Shown here in pieces: positions 38,726-51,228 of a stretch of 64,000 bases of DNA; the stretch's first letter is position 1; the number at the start of each line of letters is the position of its first letter. The stretch lies in contig OX597830.1 of assembly GCA_951406725.2 (NCBI GenBank), forward strand, positions 25,606,001 to 25,670,000. Direction: 5' to 3'. Both the position numbers and the translations under genes were made by a program. This stretch comes from Octopus vulgaris (taxonomy: Eukaryota). The notes under the pieces are model-generated. The model made no database searches. It had not been told where the DNA came from and saw only the letters and a list, made by a program, of their open reading frames with translations.

Positions 38726-38936
38726 AATCAATCTATCTATCTATGGTTCGCATAGCGGCCTGCCCCCACCTGAAGGAGAACTGGCTCCAAAACGATTGTT
38801 GTGCGAACGATAAAGTAATGCAATATGCACGTGCGTATGTGTGTGTGCATACATTCATATGTAATATATATATACTTATGCATACATATATATACACACA
38901 TGCATACATACATACATACATACATACATACATACA

Positions 38937-38972
<36 letters not shown>

Positions 38973-38997
38973 TATATATGCATGCATGTGTATATAT

Positions 38998-39196
38998 ATT
39001 GGGTTGTCCGAAAAGTTCGTGCCGATTTATAGTAGCTTACCTTCCGACTTATTTTAGAACATGGTTGAGTCCATAAAATAGAGCACAGTTGAACCTATCT
39101 TTTCGTGGAAGAAGGTTTATGTTCCTATAACCTGTGTTAATTCTGTAACCCTTTAAAATGGAAGATAAGAAAGTTTATATTAGGCACTTGATGCTA
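38998..39196 (+). mobile_element. 5' end of a mariner element (TIR and transposase N-terminus)
   Basis: TA-ttgggttgtccgaaaagttcgtgccgattt TIR-like end; MEDKKVYIRHLML resembles mariner transposase starts; truncated at (TA)n. Confidence 0.65.
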
Positions 39197-39228
<32 letters not shown>

Positions 39229-39231
<3 letters not shown>

Positions 39232-39668
39232 AGCAGTATAGCCAGGCTTTGCTCGGGTTTGTTATTTTAGTTGCGCTTAAAACGGCAGACTTTGATGTCG
39301 CGTTAACAAAGTTCTGACATAGTTTCAATCTTTTTTGAAAAGTAAAAATTTTGGATTATGTAGCTTGTTATTCTCTTTAAGTGAACATTTCTCTGGTTGA
39401 AATACACCGAAAATGGCGACACAGCAGTAAAAAAATCGCAAAAAATAGGGATTTTCATTGAAAAAAAGTACCTTTTTGATGTAAATAAGTTTTGATTTAA
39501 CATGGTCCGATTAAAATTCTTTTTCTACGGAATGAAGAGCAAGTATTCTATCATACTCTCAATTTTGGTCAACTTGTGCCGCAGGGTCTCGGAGGAGATA
39601 GTGTTAGCTGAAGTCTACCAAACCTGCCACACACACACAGACAACTTCAGCTTTATATATATATATAT
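39229..39668 (-). mobile_element. Non-autonomous Helitron-type element
   Basis: Minus 3' end cccgagcaaagcctggctatactgcttg-t (hairpin plus a CTAG-like terminus); other end (TA)-aaagctgaagttgtctgtgtg. Confidence 0.5.
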
Positions 39669-39887
39669 ACCGCACAGAAGAAATCTTTTTAAACCTGCTA
39701 AAATAATATTCGAAGTATTTTAAACGATCAGGAATATAATTTCGGAGTGTTCATGGTGTCATAGGGAGGACTGATGAAAGACTTCGTAATTAAAACGTAG
39801 AAGAAAACTTTCGAAATATAAAATGGAAGTATACAAAAATCTGCTGTTATGTATATTTTATGGATTATTATTGTTAATATTTTAATG

Positions 39888-40095
39888 TAGCGAACTGGCA
39901 GAAACGTTAGCACGCCAGGCGAAATGCTTAGGACTATTTCGTCTGTTTTTACGTTATGAGTTCAAATTCCGCCTAGGTCTACTTTGCCTTTCATTCTTTC
40001 GGGCTCGATAAATTGAGTACCAGTTGCATACTGGAGTCCATCTAATCAACTGGCCACCTCTCCCAAAATTTCGGGCCTTGTGTCTAAAGTAGAAA
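39888..40095 (+). mobile_element. SINE family B
   Basis: gcgaactggcagaaacgttagcacgccaggcgaaatgc...gagtaccag...gggccttgtg. Confidence 0.8.
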
Positions 40096-40118
40096 AGAAT
40101 ATTGTTAATATTTTAAAT

Positions 40119-40149
<31 letters not shown>

Positions 40150-40151
40150 AT

Positions 40152-40355
40152 CACACTGACCGACCAGGCTGTGAGATGTTGCTACACATCGCTGGTCACA
40201 ATGCGAAACGCATTGTTTTAGACTTCAAATGACGCCACCCCGTTGGCTAATCGAGGAGGCCAACAGAAGAAAGAGTGAGAGAAAGTTGTGGCGAGAGAGT
40301 ACAGCGGGGATCGCTACCACCCCCTGCCGAAGCCTCTTAGAGTTATAGGTGTTTT
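40152..40355 (-). mobile_element. SINE fragment sharing the family C head-1 post-tRNA segment but with a different 3' tail
   Basis: gaaagttgtggcgagagagtacagcggg...taggtgtttt matches about 8215-8290; the rest differs. Confidence 0.6.
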
Positions 40356-43025
40356 GGTATTGGCAACATTAATGACAATGGTCAGAGACTACTTGAATTT
40401 GCACATACCATAACCTGTGCATCACTAACACATTCTTCGCCAACAAGACATCCCACAAAGCATCTTGGAGACATCCAAGATCTCACCTCTGGCATCAGCT
40501 GGATCTCATCGTTACACAAAGATCCTTTCTGAATTCTGTTCAACTGACCCGTAGTTACCACTGCGTGGATTGTGACACAGATCATTCACTAATAAGAAGC
40601 AGGATGAGGATTCTGCCTAAAAAAGTCCATCACTCCAAGAAAATGGGCCGACCACGCATTAACACTGCCAGAACCTCGGACCCTACACTGCGACAATGTT
40701 TTGCTATTTCTATCAAAGTTGCCCTCAGTAGCTGTCCAACCTCCTCTGCTGGAAGTAGGTGGAATTATATCCGGGAAGCTTTGTATACCACATCAAGAGA
40801 TACTTTCGGCATGAGAGAAGGGCAAAACCCAGATTGGTTCAATGCTGGGCTCTCAGAGCTGGAAACAGTTATCGAAACAAAGCGTGCAGCTGTGATGCAA
40901 TACAAGAGTGATTCTTCTACAAAGTCACTCGAAGAACTCAAAAAGGCAAGAAATAAAACCCAACTGACTGCCAGACGCTGTGCAAATCGGTATTGGCAGG
41001 AAATCTGTCAGAGTATCCAGTCAGCTGCTGACAATGGCGACACCCGTGGGATGTATGCCGATTTGAAGAAGGCCCTTGGTCCATCCACAACCAAGTCAGC
41101 CCCTCTGAAATCAACTACTGGAGATCTCATCAAGGACCAAAGCAAGCAAATGGATAGATGGATGGAGTACTACCAGGATCTGTACTCACGGGGGACCACG
41201 GTAGCTGAGGCTGCAATCGAGGGTGTCAAGATCTTGCCAGTCATGTGTGAACTTGACAGTCTGCCATCTATAGCAGAGCTCACCAAGGCTATTGACTCCC
41301 TAACGAGTAACAAGACTTCTGGAAAAGACGACATCCCCTTAGAGATCAAAACCGGCAAAAATACCATCCTGTTTCGGCACCTTCATGAGCTTCTGTGTCA
41401 GTGCTGGGAAGAGGGTACAGTCCCTCAGGATATGCGGGATGCATTACGCTTTACAAAAACAAAGGTGACCGTGGTGATTGTAACAATTACCGTGGAATAT
41501 CTCTTCTAAGCACTGTTGGAAAGGCCTTTGCTCACATTATCCTGTCCAGGCTACAACTGCTTGCTTCTCGAATTTATCCAGAATCGCAGTGTGGCTTTAG
41601 AAGAAGCAGATCAACTATTGACATAATATTCTCCATACGCCAACTTCAGAAGTCCAGAGAGCAGAAAATGCCATTATATATGGCCTTCATTGATCGGACA
41701 AAGGCTTTTGATTTGGTAAGTAGAAAAGGCCTCTTCATCCTGCTTCAAAAAATCGGATGTCCACCAAAGCTGCTGAGGATCATCAAATCTTTCCATGATG
41801 ATATGCAAGGCACCATACAGCACAATGGTTCAACATCAGCCGTCTTCCAAATAAAAAACGGGGTGAAGCAAGGTTGTGTCCTTGCTCCTACATTATTTGG
41901 CATCTTCTTCGCTGCTGCTGTCACATGCCTTTGAGACATCAGATGATGGAGTGTTTCTGCACAGTAGAAGTGATGGAAAACTGTTCAATCTCTCTCTCGC
42001 GTCTGCGTGCCAAGACCGAAATCAGAAGCGTCCTGATGAAGGAGATGCTATTTGCTGACGATGCCGCTCTGGTATCACACACAGAAGGAGCCCTACAAAA
42101 GCTCATCAACTGTTTTGAGCAAGCATATGGCAACTTTGGCTTAGTTATCAGCCTCAAGAAGACCAACATCATGGGTCAGGCTACATCGGACATCCCAAAC
42201 ATACATATTGGAGACCACAGACTACAGGAGGTGGAGGAGTTTACCTATCTTGGCTCTACCGTCACCTACAACCTATCCCTTGATGCTGAGCTCAATATAC
42301 GCATTGGCAAGGCAGCTGCTGTGATGGCCCAACTCTCCAAACGGGCATGGGACAACAGTAAGCTGACCAAGACCACAAAAATGAAGATTTACCAGGCATG
42401 TGTACTTAGCACTATACTGTATGGAAGTGAGACTTAGACACCATACACACGCCAAAATCCTTCACATCAAATGGCAGAATCATGTCCCCAACAAAGATGT
42501 CCTCAAGCAAGCAGGAATACCAAGCATGTTTGCACTCCTCACACAAAGACGTATGAGATGGCTTGGACATGTTAGCCGTATGGAAGATGGCAGAATCCCC
42601 AAGGACATACTCAACGGAGAGCTTGCTAGGGGCACTAGGTCTGTGAGAAGACCGTTCTTACGATACAAGGATGTTTGCAAAAGAGACATGAATGCCTGCA
42701 ACATCAATATTACCAACTTGGAAGCAGTTGCCAGCAACCGTGGAGATTGGCGACGTACCGTAAAAGAGGTAACACAAAGGAGTGACATAGAGAAAGAGGA
42801 GAAATGGAAAGACAAGAAAAGACGTCAACAAAAAACTATGACATTACAACCAGCAAGGCAAAGTCTTCGCTACATTTGCGACACCTGCCAGAAGGAGTGT
42901 TTGTCCAGGATAGGACTATACAGCCACAGCAGGAGATGTATTAGGACATGAAATGTAAAAGCCGGACTAGATTATTTTATGCGCATCTCCATTGTCTCCC
43001 AAGACAAAAAGGATGCCAACAACAA
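40356..43025 (+). mobile_element. RTE-clade LINE, 5'-truncated within the AP endonuclease and frameshifted
   Basis: IGNINDNGQRLLEF and DCDTDHSL (endonuclease); NYRGISLLS, PESQCGFR, AFIDRTKAFD, GVKQGCVLAP, MLFADD (RT); RRMRWLGHVSRMEDGRIPK; C-terminal CDTCQKECLSRIGLYSHSRRC; 3' end ccattgtctcccaagacaaaaaggatgcc(aac)n. Confidence 0.95.
40565..42951 (+). pseudogene. RTE endonuclease/reverse-transcriptase ORF broken by several frameshifts and stops
   Basis: Overlapping ORF-track pieces 40565-41509, 41395-41934, 41874-42437 and 42400-42951 carry consecutive RT motifs. Confidence 0.9.
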
Positions 43026-43029
43026 TATA

Positions 43030-43319
43030 TATGGATTTCGTAGACAGGAACTGAAGCAAATCAATCGTATATATATGTATGTATATATGTAAGTGTATGT
43101 GTGTGTCTTTGTCTCTGTGTTTCGCCCTCATCACTGCTTCACAACTGCTGTTCATTTATTTACATCCACATAACTTACTGGTTTCACAAGAACAAACTAA
43201 TAGAATAAGTACTAGGCTTATTAGCATAAAAAAGCACTAGGCTGTGTCTCATATTTTAGTTTGCCCACTCAGTTGTATCTATCAATTTATATTTGTATGT
43301 TTGTGTGTGTGTATGTGTG

Positions 43320-43388
<69 letters not shown>

Positions 43389-43436
43389 TTAATGGCGGTG
43401 CCCCAGCATGGCCACAGCTCATTAGCTGAAACTGGA
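43030..43436 (+). mobile_element. Decayed SINE family A pieces
   Basis: ggatttcgtagacaggaactgaag...tagaataagtactaggc...gcggtgccccagcatggccacag. Confidence 0.65.
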
Positions 43437-43439
43437 AAA

Positions 43440-44707
43440 TCAAATATATAACACCCTAATGGGAGCCTTAACTCCCAAATTTTAGTCATTTCTTTTATGA
43501 TCCAAAACTAGGTCAAAAGTACTGAATGGATCTTTATGAAATTTGGAAATTATATTCTATACATAAGGGCCATAACCCCCATGAAGTAATATTTATAAAA
43601 ATTTCATCTTCTTACAAAGTTAGAAAGACCCCTCCATGGGGACTTAACACTCACAATTTTGTCATTTTATCAGAGCAAAAACGAATACAGTTGTGCTCTT
43701 AGAAGCTGTAGGGTTACCCAAGCATAAAAGTTGGGCATTATTTCTAATTCAATGGTACAACAGTGTAACACTTTGTTTTGACATACATTGTGATTTCTGC
43801 AATGTGGTGCATAAATTGTCAAGTAAATGAGAGGCATATTTGCCTCCACTTATTCAGTTGCAAAGTGTTGAGTAAAGTTATTTGATTGCAGACCTCCTTT
43901 CAGTCTTTTTATTATCACTCGGTCACACATAGTCCCCAGATGGTAACATTGATTTCAAGGCCTTCCCAGATGGGTGACTGGTTAGTCAAAGACATTTATA
44001 GATTTTAAATTTATTCTGTCCAGTTACGTATCAGTATAGTGGTCATTTGCAAACTCCAGAGGTGACACTTTAATTTCTCCTTAGCCCTCACGTCACACAG
44101 TTGTTAATGTTGATATCAGTTTGGTCACGCCCTTCCAATTGCTATAGATTCGTAATGCATCTTACGGTTGTACCTGTTACCTGGATGGTGAGGAATCCTA
44201 CAATGGGAGTGGTAACGACTAGGGTAGGGTAACTGACTGCTTATTGTGATCATTCGTCTTTTGGTTTCCTGTAGCTTTGCTCTCTTTTACAAACCCAGTG
44301 AACATATATTTCCTATTTCAAAGAAATTCAAACAATAGATATAAGACCCAAGTTAAAAAGATTTTCAACAATTCAACTTCTCTGGTTGACATTAAGATGC
44401 CCACCCCCAACAGGGGCCTTAACTCTCATATTTTAGAGCTCCATGACCTTCATTTTTCAGGAGCAAAATCTTTTTAACAGGTTCAATAAGACTGGAATTT
44501 TGGAATATGCGTATAAAAATCAGTAGTATGGGATACATATGGCACCATTACAATTTTTTTAGGGTGTGTAAAAGAGGGAAATAACTCTCATCTGCAATTT
44601 TGATGAAATTCGAAACATATATATTCCAGTTCATTACAGAAAATATAACAGAAAAGTCTAATTCTTCAATTGAATGTAACCGGGCAACGCCGGCTATCTC
44701 TGCTAGT
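43440..44707 (+). mobile_element. Probable non-autonomous Helitron
   Basis: 3' terminus ccgggcaacgccgg hairpin, then tatctctgCTAG|T; possible A|TC 5' start near 43440; internal repeated gg(a/g)ccttaac motifs; 5' boundary uncertain. Confidence 0.55.
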
Positions 44708-44859
44708 ATTCTATAGAATTTTTATTGAATAAACTTAATATCGTCGGCAACCCTTTGGCTCTAAATCTTCGTGAAAGACTTATGCATAGATATAATAAGA
44801 GAAGAAATGCCGAAACCTTGACTCTCTTGAGGTATTAACATAATCCAAGGAAATTTAAA

Positions 44860-45488
44860 GGTGAGTCAATTTCTGGACCTTTTCTATTTTTTAACGAAAC
44901 AATATTTATGGAAGTATGCTGAACAAACATATAGGAGATTATTTCCTGAATATGATGCTGAGAACACAACAGAATTATACAAAGAAAATGAAATAGGAGG
45001 GAACCTAAAAACAAGTGTTACTGTTGTCCCATCTACTTATGAAGGTAATCGACTCATTCGTGAATACACAAGCGCAATGAAGAAAATGAATGAAGAGCCC
45101 AAGATGGTAACAGATGGATTTGAAATCTCTAAAGAATTCGGGTACTATTTAAGAAGAGTGATCCCGGTGCGCGGCACTCGCGTACTCGCGCATCCGCGCT
45201 AGCTAGTCGTGACTAGTCGATCCTACAACGACTACCTAGCAAAGTAAATAAAACAGAAAATAAATAATTTTTTTACACAAAGTAAATAATTTTTTTAAAA
45301 CAAAGTAAATAAAGCACAAAAACGTAAAGTAAGGATCGACTAGTCACGATTAGCTAGCGCGGATGCGCAAGTGCGCGCACCGGACCACTCTTTTTAAGTA
45401 GTACCCGTGAAAACAGGTTTTTAACTGGTTTTGAGAATTACTTATACTTGAACTCGGTTTTGGGAATTATCGGTTTTTTGCGAGCCCT

Positions 45489-45489
<1 letters not shown>
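44860..45489 (+). mobile_element. Right end of a hAT-like DNA transposon with a GC-rich subterminal palindrome
   Basis: Terminus cggttttttgcgagcccta (TAGGG-type TIR) with repeated ggtttt motifs; inverted arms 45140-45223 and 45333-45407; unassigned ORF remnant upstream. Confidence 0.45.
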
Positions 45490-45523
<34 letters not shown>

Positions 45524-45993
45524 TTATATGGGGGCAATAAAGCTTTTAAGTGATTAGGATCACTATGGGTCTTAATACGGCCCTGTAAGAACATCAGTAT
45601 TCCTGGTTTCATATATATACAATAACCTGACCTACCTTTATCATTGAAAATATTTTTAGCCGTCGCTTTGACAGCATAGTAATTCCTTCAACAAATACTG
45701 CCGAAATGAAGAATTTGTGCACGAATACACGTACTTGAAACTCTGAGAAAGAAACGGAAGGAATCATTAATTGGTTCTTGGTATGTATATAACATTAGAC
45801 ATAATAGTGTAAAATATAACAGATTGCGTCTGGTTTACTAATTCTGTCATATAACAGGCAATAAATTAGGGAGTACGGAGCTGCCACATCAACCTTCACG
45901 ATCAATATTGGAACAACGTTTAAACAACTACGAAGATCAGTTGCAAAAGTTTGAGAAAACAAATGGATATGCAAACACATACATACATGCATG

Positions 45994-46072
<79 letters not shown>

Positions 46073-46209
46073 GTACGTATATTTGTGTGTGTGTGTATGT
46101 AAATGGACATATGTGTATATATACACACACGCACATATATATATATCTATGTATACATTTATATCTATCTGTCAGCCTGTCTGTCTATCTATCTATCTAT
46201 ATAAAGATT

Positions 46210-46265
<56 letters not shown>

Positions 46266-46425
46266 CATATAAAGATGTACATGTGTGCATATACATACAT
46301 ATTACATACATACATATATGAATACATATATGCATACATACCTCCATATATACACGCACACGTACATACATACATACATACATACATACATACATACATA
46401 CATACATAAATACAAAGATACATAG

Positions 46426-46484
<59 letters not shown>

Positions 46485-46623
46485 TTATATATATATATAC
46501 ATATATACAAATATACATGTAATGAACAGATTGACTCAGAATTGTATGACTCAGCAGTTAATACAAATATTTAAACAAAATGACATGTCGAGTGTTCTTT
46601 TATACGTTTCTCAACAATCTATG

Positions 46624-46660
<37 letters not shown>

Positions 46661-46944
46661 TATGTACGGTAGGACAAGGAAAAGTACTCAATACAGGATG
46701 TAGAGTAGAGCAGAGCGTATTAATCTTCTGTTGCTTAAACAATGGCACGTAGAGATAACACTTCTGTAGCTAGGTAGTGAATCAAAAGCCTCCTTCCCGT
46801 ATGTACACACACACACACACATGCACACACACAGACAAACGCACATACCTACATCCACATATATATATATATGAATATATAAGTAATATATATATACATC
46901 TACAAAACATGCATGCACACATACCTACATAAACGTATATACAT

Positions 46945-47950
46945 ATACACACACAAGTTAGAAGTAAATAGACAACCCATAAAACATTGTTTTCTGTTTA
47001 TTCTAACTTGTAAAGGCTTATATTTCTTATTAAGTGACATTTTTATGTTTCAGATTCTATATGTGACTGTTTAATCATGCCATGTACAAAAGAAGCCTTG
47101 GAACTGTCTGAATTTCAAAAAGGCCATATCGTGGGTCATTCTGAAGGTGGATATAGTCAGCGTAAAATCGCAGAAAACCTTGGGGTCCCGCTTTCTACAG
47201 TTAATAGAGTGATTGTGCAATTCACCAAGGAGGAGAAGGAGTTGACATCACCTTGTCCAGATCAACCAGGGCCATCTGACTGGACCATTCTCTTTGCTAA
47301 GAGAAGTGTGGAGGATAATTCTCGTTGCAAGACCTTTGACAATGCAGAGCAAGTTGATGTCAGTCCCAGAACAGTTGTCAGGTATCTCCACAAACTTGGT
47401 TAGTATGGCAGAGCTGAAAGAAGGAAGCCAATATGAAGAGGAGAAAAGATTGGGCCAGTGAGATGGTGGAGAGGCCATTAGCATTTTGGGACACTGTCAA
47501 ATTATCTGATGAGTCCAGATTTGCTGTATTTCCTAACAGTGGTCGAGTGTAGGTCTGGAGACTCTGTGATCAAGAATTTGATGTGAAAAGATTGCAGCCA
47601 ACAATGAAACACGGCAGCTATTCTGTGATGGTCTGGCGAACAATTTGGAGCAATGGTTGATCAGAGCTAGTGGAGTGTGAAGGAAAGATAAACTCAAGTA
47701 AATATGTGTGTATATAGCAGAAAGGACTCCTTCCAAACTTCTCCAGTGGTGAAATGATTAAAGTAGACTCCCTATTTATGGAAGATGGGATTCCTTTTCA
47801 CACGGTTAAAATGACCCAAGATTTGTTGGAAAAGAATGGCATTAGAAAGCTTCCATAGCTAATCCAGTCACTAGGTTTGAACCGTAAAGAAAACCTCTGG
47901 GGCATAATGGGCAGGACATTTCATAAACAGAATTAAAAATATCAGTGAAC
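46945..47950 (+). mobile_element. Decayed Tc1-like (DD34E) transposon
   Basis: [38 protein letters not shown] (HTH); [30 protein letters not shown] and LNRKENLW catalytic-domain remnants. Confidence 0.88.
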
Positions 47951-48027
47951 AAGCAAATGCTGGTATACCTGGTACCGGTTTCGAAATTTAGCGCCAAATA
48001 GGCGCCACACACACACACACACACATA

Positions 48028-48074
<47 letters not shown>

Positions 48075-48232
48075 ATATATATACATACTAGTTGTTGGAC
48101 CCTGCGTTGCTCGTGTTTTCTGTGTTGAAGTTAAGCCCACCTCTGATAAAAAATGCAAAAGCTGCAACAAAAAGTTTTGGGTTTCGTTGTTTACGTATTT
48201 CATGTTGTTTGCACCGTTGGTGACGTCCTGTA

Positions 48233-48288
<56 letters not shown>

Positions 48289-48455
48289 TAGTTATCGCCA
48301 TACTAATATGGCAGTCCATAAATATAAGACTAAAGCTGTCGCTGATTAGCTCCAAGAGGCCATCGCCTCTAGCTAGCTATATGACACACGAACCTGCGTC
48401 CATTACAACCTTCGAACAGGGGAGGTCAGCCGCTTCACCTTGCTGATCAGACATC

Positions 48456-49800
48456 TGCAGACATGTTTCAGGGTTGTTGCCCTTTATCAACACACACAAA
48501 AATACACACACATGAAACCTTATAGACGGCCGTATGCTGTTACGACACAACTAACACGGTCAGCAGCGGTGCCGACGATGGCAATAACAACAACAATTAC
48601 CCCGATGGCAACACTGTGGACGAACACATATTAGTATGGCGATAACACGTATGCGTGTGTGTATGTGCGTGAGTCATAGTTTTTAGCAGTAGTGTGGCCT
48701 TCCCCTCAGCCCCAACATCTCACCCCATTGTGCTGCTGCTGTCTTAAGACCCGTATGTGTGTTCGTCCACAGTGTTGCCATCGGGGTAATTGTTGTTGTT
48801 ATTGCCATCGTTGGCACCGCTGCTGACCGTGTTAGTTGTGTCGTAACAGCATACGGCCGTCTATAAGGTTTCATGTGTGTGTGTATGGGTTCGCTTCGTA
48901 TGAATCCATGCCCTTTATATAGTTTTATTCATTTTATCTATCTCTGTCTTACATTTATCACAGGTATGTGGCTGATATATTTATATATTCGTTTATTTAT
49001 CTATATATTTATTTACTTATTTATTTATCTATTCTTTTAATGCATCTATCTCCATTTCTCATATATATCGCAGGTAGGTGCATATGTCTATTGTGCGTGT
49101 ATTATCTGTATGTATCTGTGTATTATTTACGGCTTTTTCTTCCTTCTTTCCTCTCTCTTCACATCCCTATTTTCTTAAGTCATGTGGTGTGGTGGTGGGT
49201 GCTACTGCTCCATTCATGTTTTCAATTGATGCTCGGTCTGTCTACTGTGATGTGTGTAGCTTCTGTAATCTGTCTAAGTGTCGTGTCAGTTCTGTGTCGA
49301 TAGTACTTTAACCGCTATGCTATTAATCGAGCCTCCATGTTCTGCCTGAGCATATTGGTAGAGCATGACCAGCTTTTCCCTTCTTTGAACTCTCGCCAAT
49401 ATTCATTTATACGCTCTTCTATGTTGCGTGCAGTCTCTCCTAGATAGGTACCTTTTTGCCGGGTCTTAGGACAGCAGCAGCACAATGTGGTGAGATGTTG
49501 GGGGCGAGAGGTTGGAGCTGAGAGTAAGGCCACACTGCTACTAAAAACTATGACACACACACGCACGCACACACACACACACCACACACACAAACAAGGA
49601 CATAAAGATACACGTCTTAGAAGAACAGATTGGAGAGGAGCATGAACACACACAGGAACGAAAAGTGTCACTGAAGAGGTCACAGATGTGTGACGAAAGA
49701 TTTCCAAACAATCGACAGGCATCAAAATAATAAATATAATAAAAATAACAGTAATAAACGAGTGAAGAAAAATATAGTGCGTGTGTTTATTTGGCAAAAA
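48456..49800 (-). mobile_element. Penelope-like element remnant: GIY-YIG fragment, inverted repeat and decayed hammerheads
   Basis: Minus-strand TYLGETARNIEERINEY near 49395-49450 resembles GIY-YIG Y(I/V)GET.R.L..R..EH; inverted arms 48504-48630 and 48754-48885; hammerhead-like motifs at 48456-48494 (-) and 49671-49704 (+). Confidence 0.6.
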
Positions 49801-50191
49801 TAATAATAAATAAAATGATCATCCCGAAGTACAACAATATATATATATATTATATAATGCGCGCGCATACACAAAGACACACAGACACACATGAATATAT
49901 ATTTATATAGTTATTAATAAGTGATTATGAATCGGGACAACATATTTTAGAAGTTCTCTGTTAATACACCAGGCTAATAATATTTTTAGATTGGAAAAAA
50001 TCTGTGCGTATTCTTGTGGCAGGATCCAAGGTTATAGTTCCTGGCTATACTAAACTGTAAATCCATGGTTGCATTCTCAGTTGTACTTATCCTTTTCACA
50101 GACCAATATAAAAAGTATAAACAATGAGCATTATATATTGCTTCATTGCAAAGAAGTTTGCAATGACCAAAATTAATGGCTTGTCTCATAC

Positions 50192-50276
<85 letters not shown>

Positions 50277-50448
50277 CAACTTATAAATATCCTATATTAG
50301 TAGTAGATTTATTACTATTCGCTATAGGGACTGGTAACCACTATAAGGTGGTTATATTTGGATATATCTGGGGTACTTATATGTACTCATGAGTTTTACT
50401 TCGGCTTCTTTTCCATGGGCGCATGTAAGTATTTCATTTATTTCTTAT

Positions 50449-50517
50449 CGTATTTTCTACTGAAGAGGAAAAAATCTATGAGATTAATTCCGAAATTGAT
50501 TCAATATAGAAATTACG
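50449..50517 (+). ncRNA. Type I hammerhead ribozyme with intact core, homologous to 1159-1229
   Basis: Stem I TTTCTA(50454-59)/TAGAAA(50507-12) plus CGTA/TACG; CTGAAGA 50460-66; stem II GGAA/TTCC with AATCT/AGATT extension; GAAA 50492-95; stem III ATTG/CAAT; predicted AUA cleavage after 50506. Confidence 0.85.
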
Positions 50518-50756
50518 AACTTTAAAAAAAAATTCTGTTGACTGGCTTTCCTCGATTTCTGCACAACGTATTTCTGTAGTGGGTATATAATAATATATGG
50601 AAATTGACGATTTAAAAGTCTGTTATCAGCATATTGGCATGGAAATAATTTTCTTTTGCCCTTGTTTATAAGTTGTTTATAATTTTAACCTTTAAAGGTA
50701 TTTTGATATGCTGCCACTTTTTGATGAAGTTTTTTTTTCTGTCAATAAAACTTCAT

Positions 50757-50813
<57 letters not shown>

Positions 50814-50828
50814 GTGTGTGTGTGTATT

Positions 50829-51162
50829 AGTTTCAAGGTTCATCCAAGGTTGGGACCACGGGTAATACGTCCCCTGCCCAATTCAGGATCGCAGCATATA
50901 AGGTACACTGCAACATAATTTCTTTTCCTCAACAGGCCCTGCCTTGTTTAACATTGTCCCGAAAGAGATCAAAGAGGAAAAGGATCCCATCAACTTTAAA
51001 CAGAGTCTGGACAGATTTCTTCAAGGAATTCCGGATAAGCCACCCATACCTGGATACAACTCACTCAACAAGAACCCACTACTTGAATGGACCATAAACA
51101 AAAACTTGACTTAAACATGGCCCGGACCAATCTTTGGTCGAAACATATCTAAGTTTATCTAT

Positions 51163-51167
<5 letters not shown>
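50829..51167 (+). mobile_element. 3' end of a CR1/L2-group LINE
   Basis: FKVHPRLG...(fs)FFSSTGPALFNIVPKEIKEEKDPINFKQSLDRFLQGIPDKPPIPGY...*; 3' stem-loop gaccaa-tct-ttggtc and a short tandem tail. Confidence 0.75.

Positions 51168-51228
<61 letters not shown>

Noticed and set aside
42030-42070. CTGATGA and CTGACGA hits
   Set aside because: They lie within the RTE RT coding region around FADD and have no helices
47505-47525. CTGATGAGTCC hammerhead-like core
   Set aside because: It encodes the Tc1 catalytic SDES motif and has no closing stem II-GAAA
51120-51150. GACCAA-tct-TTGGTC-GAAAC hairpin resembling half a hammerhead
   Set aside because: No CUGANGA upstream; better explained as the LINE 3' recognition stem-loop
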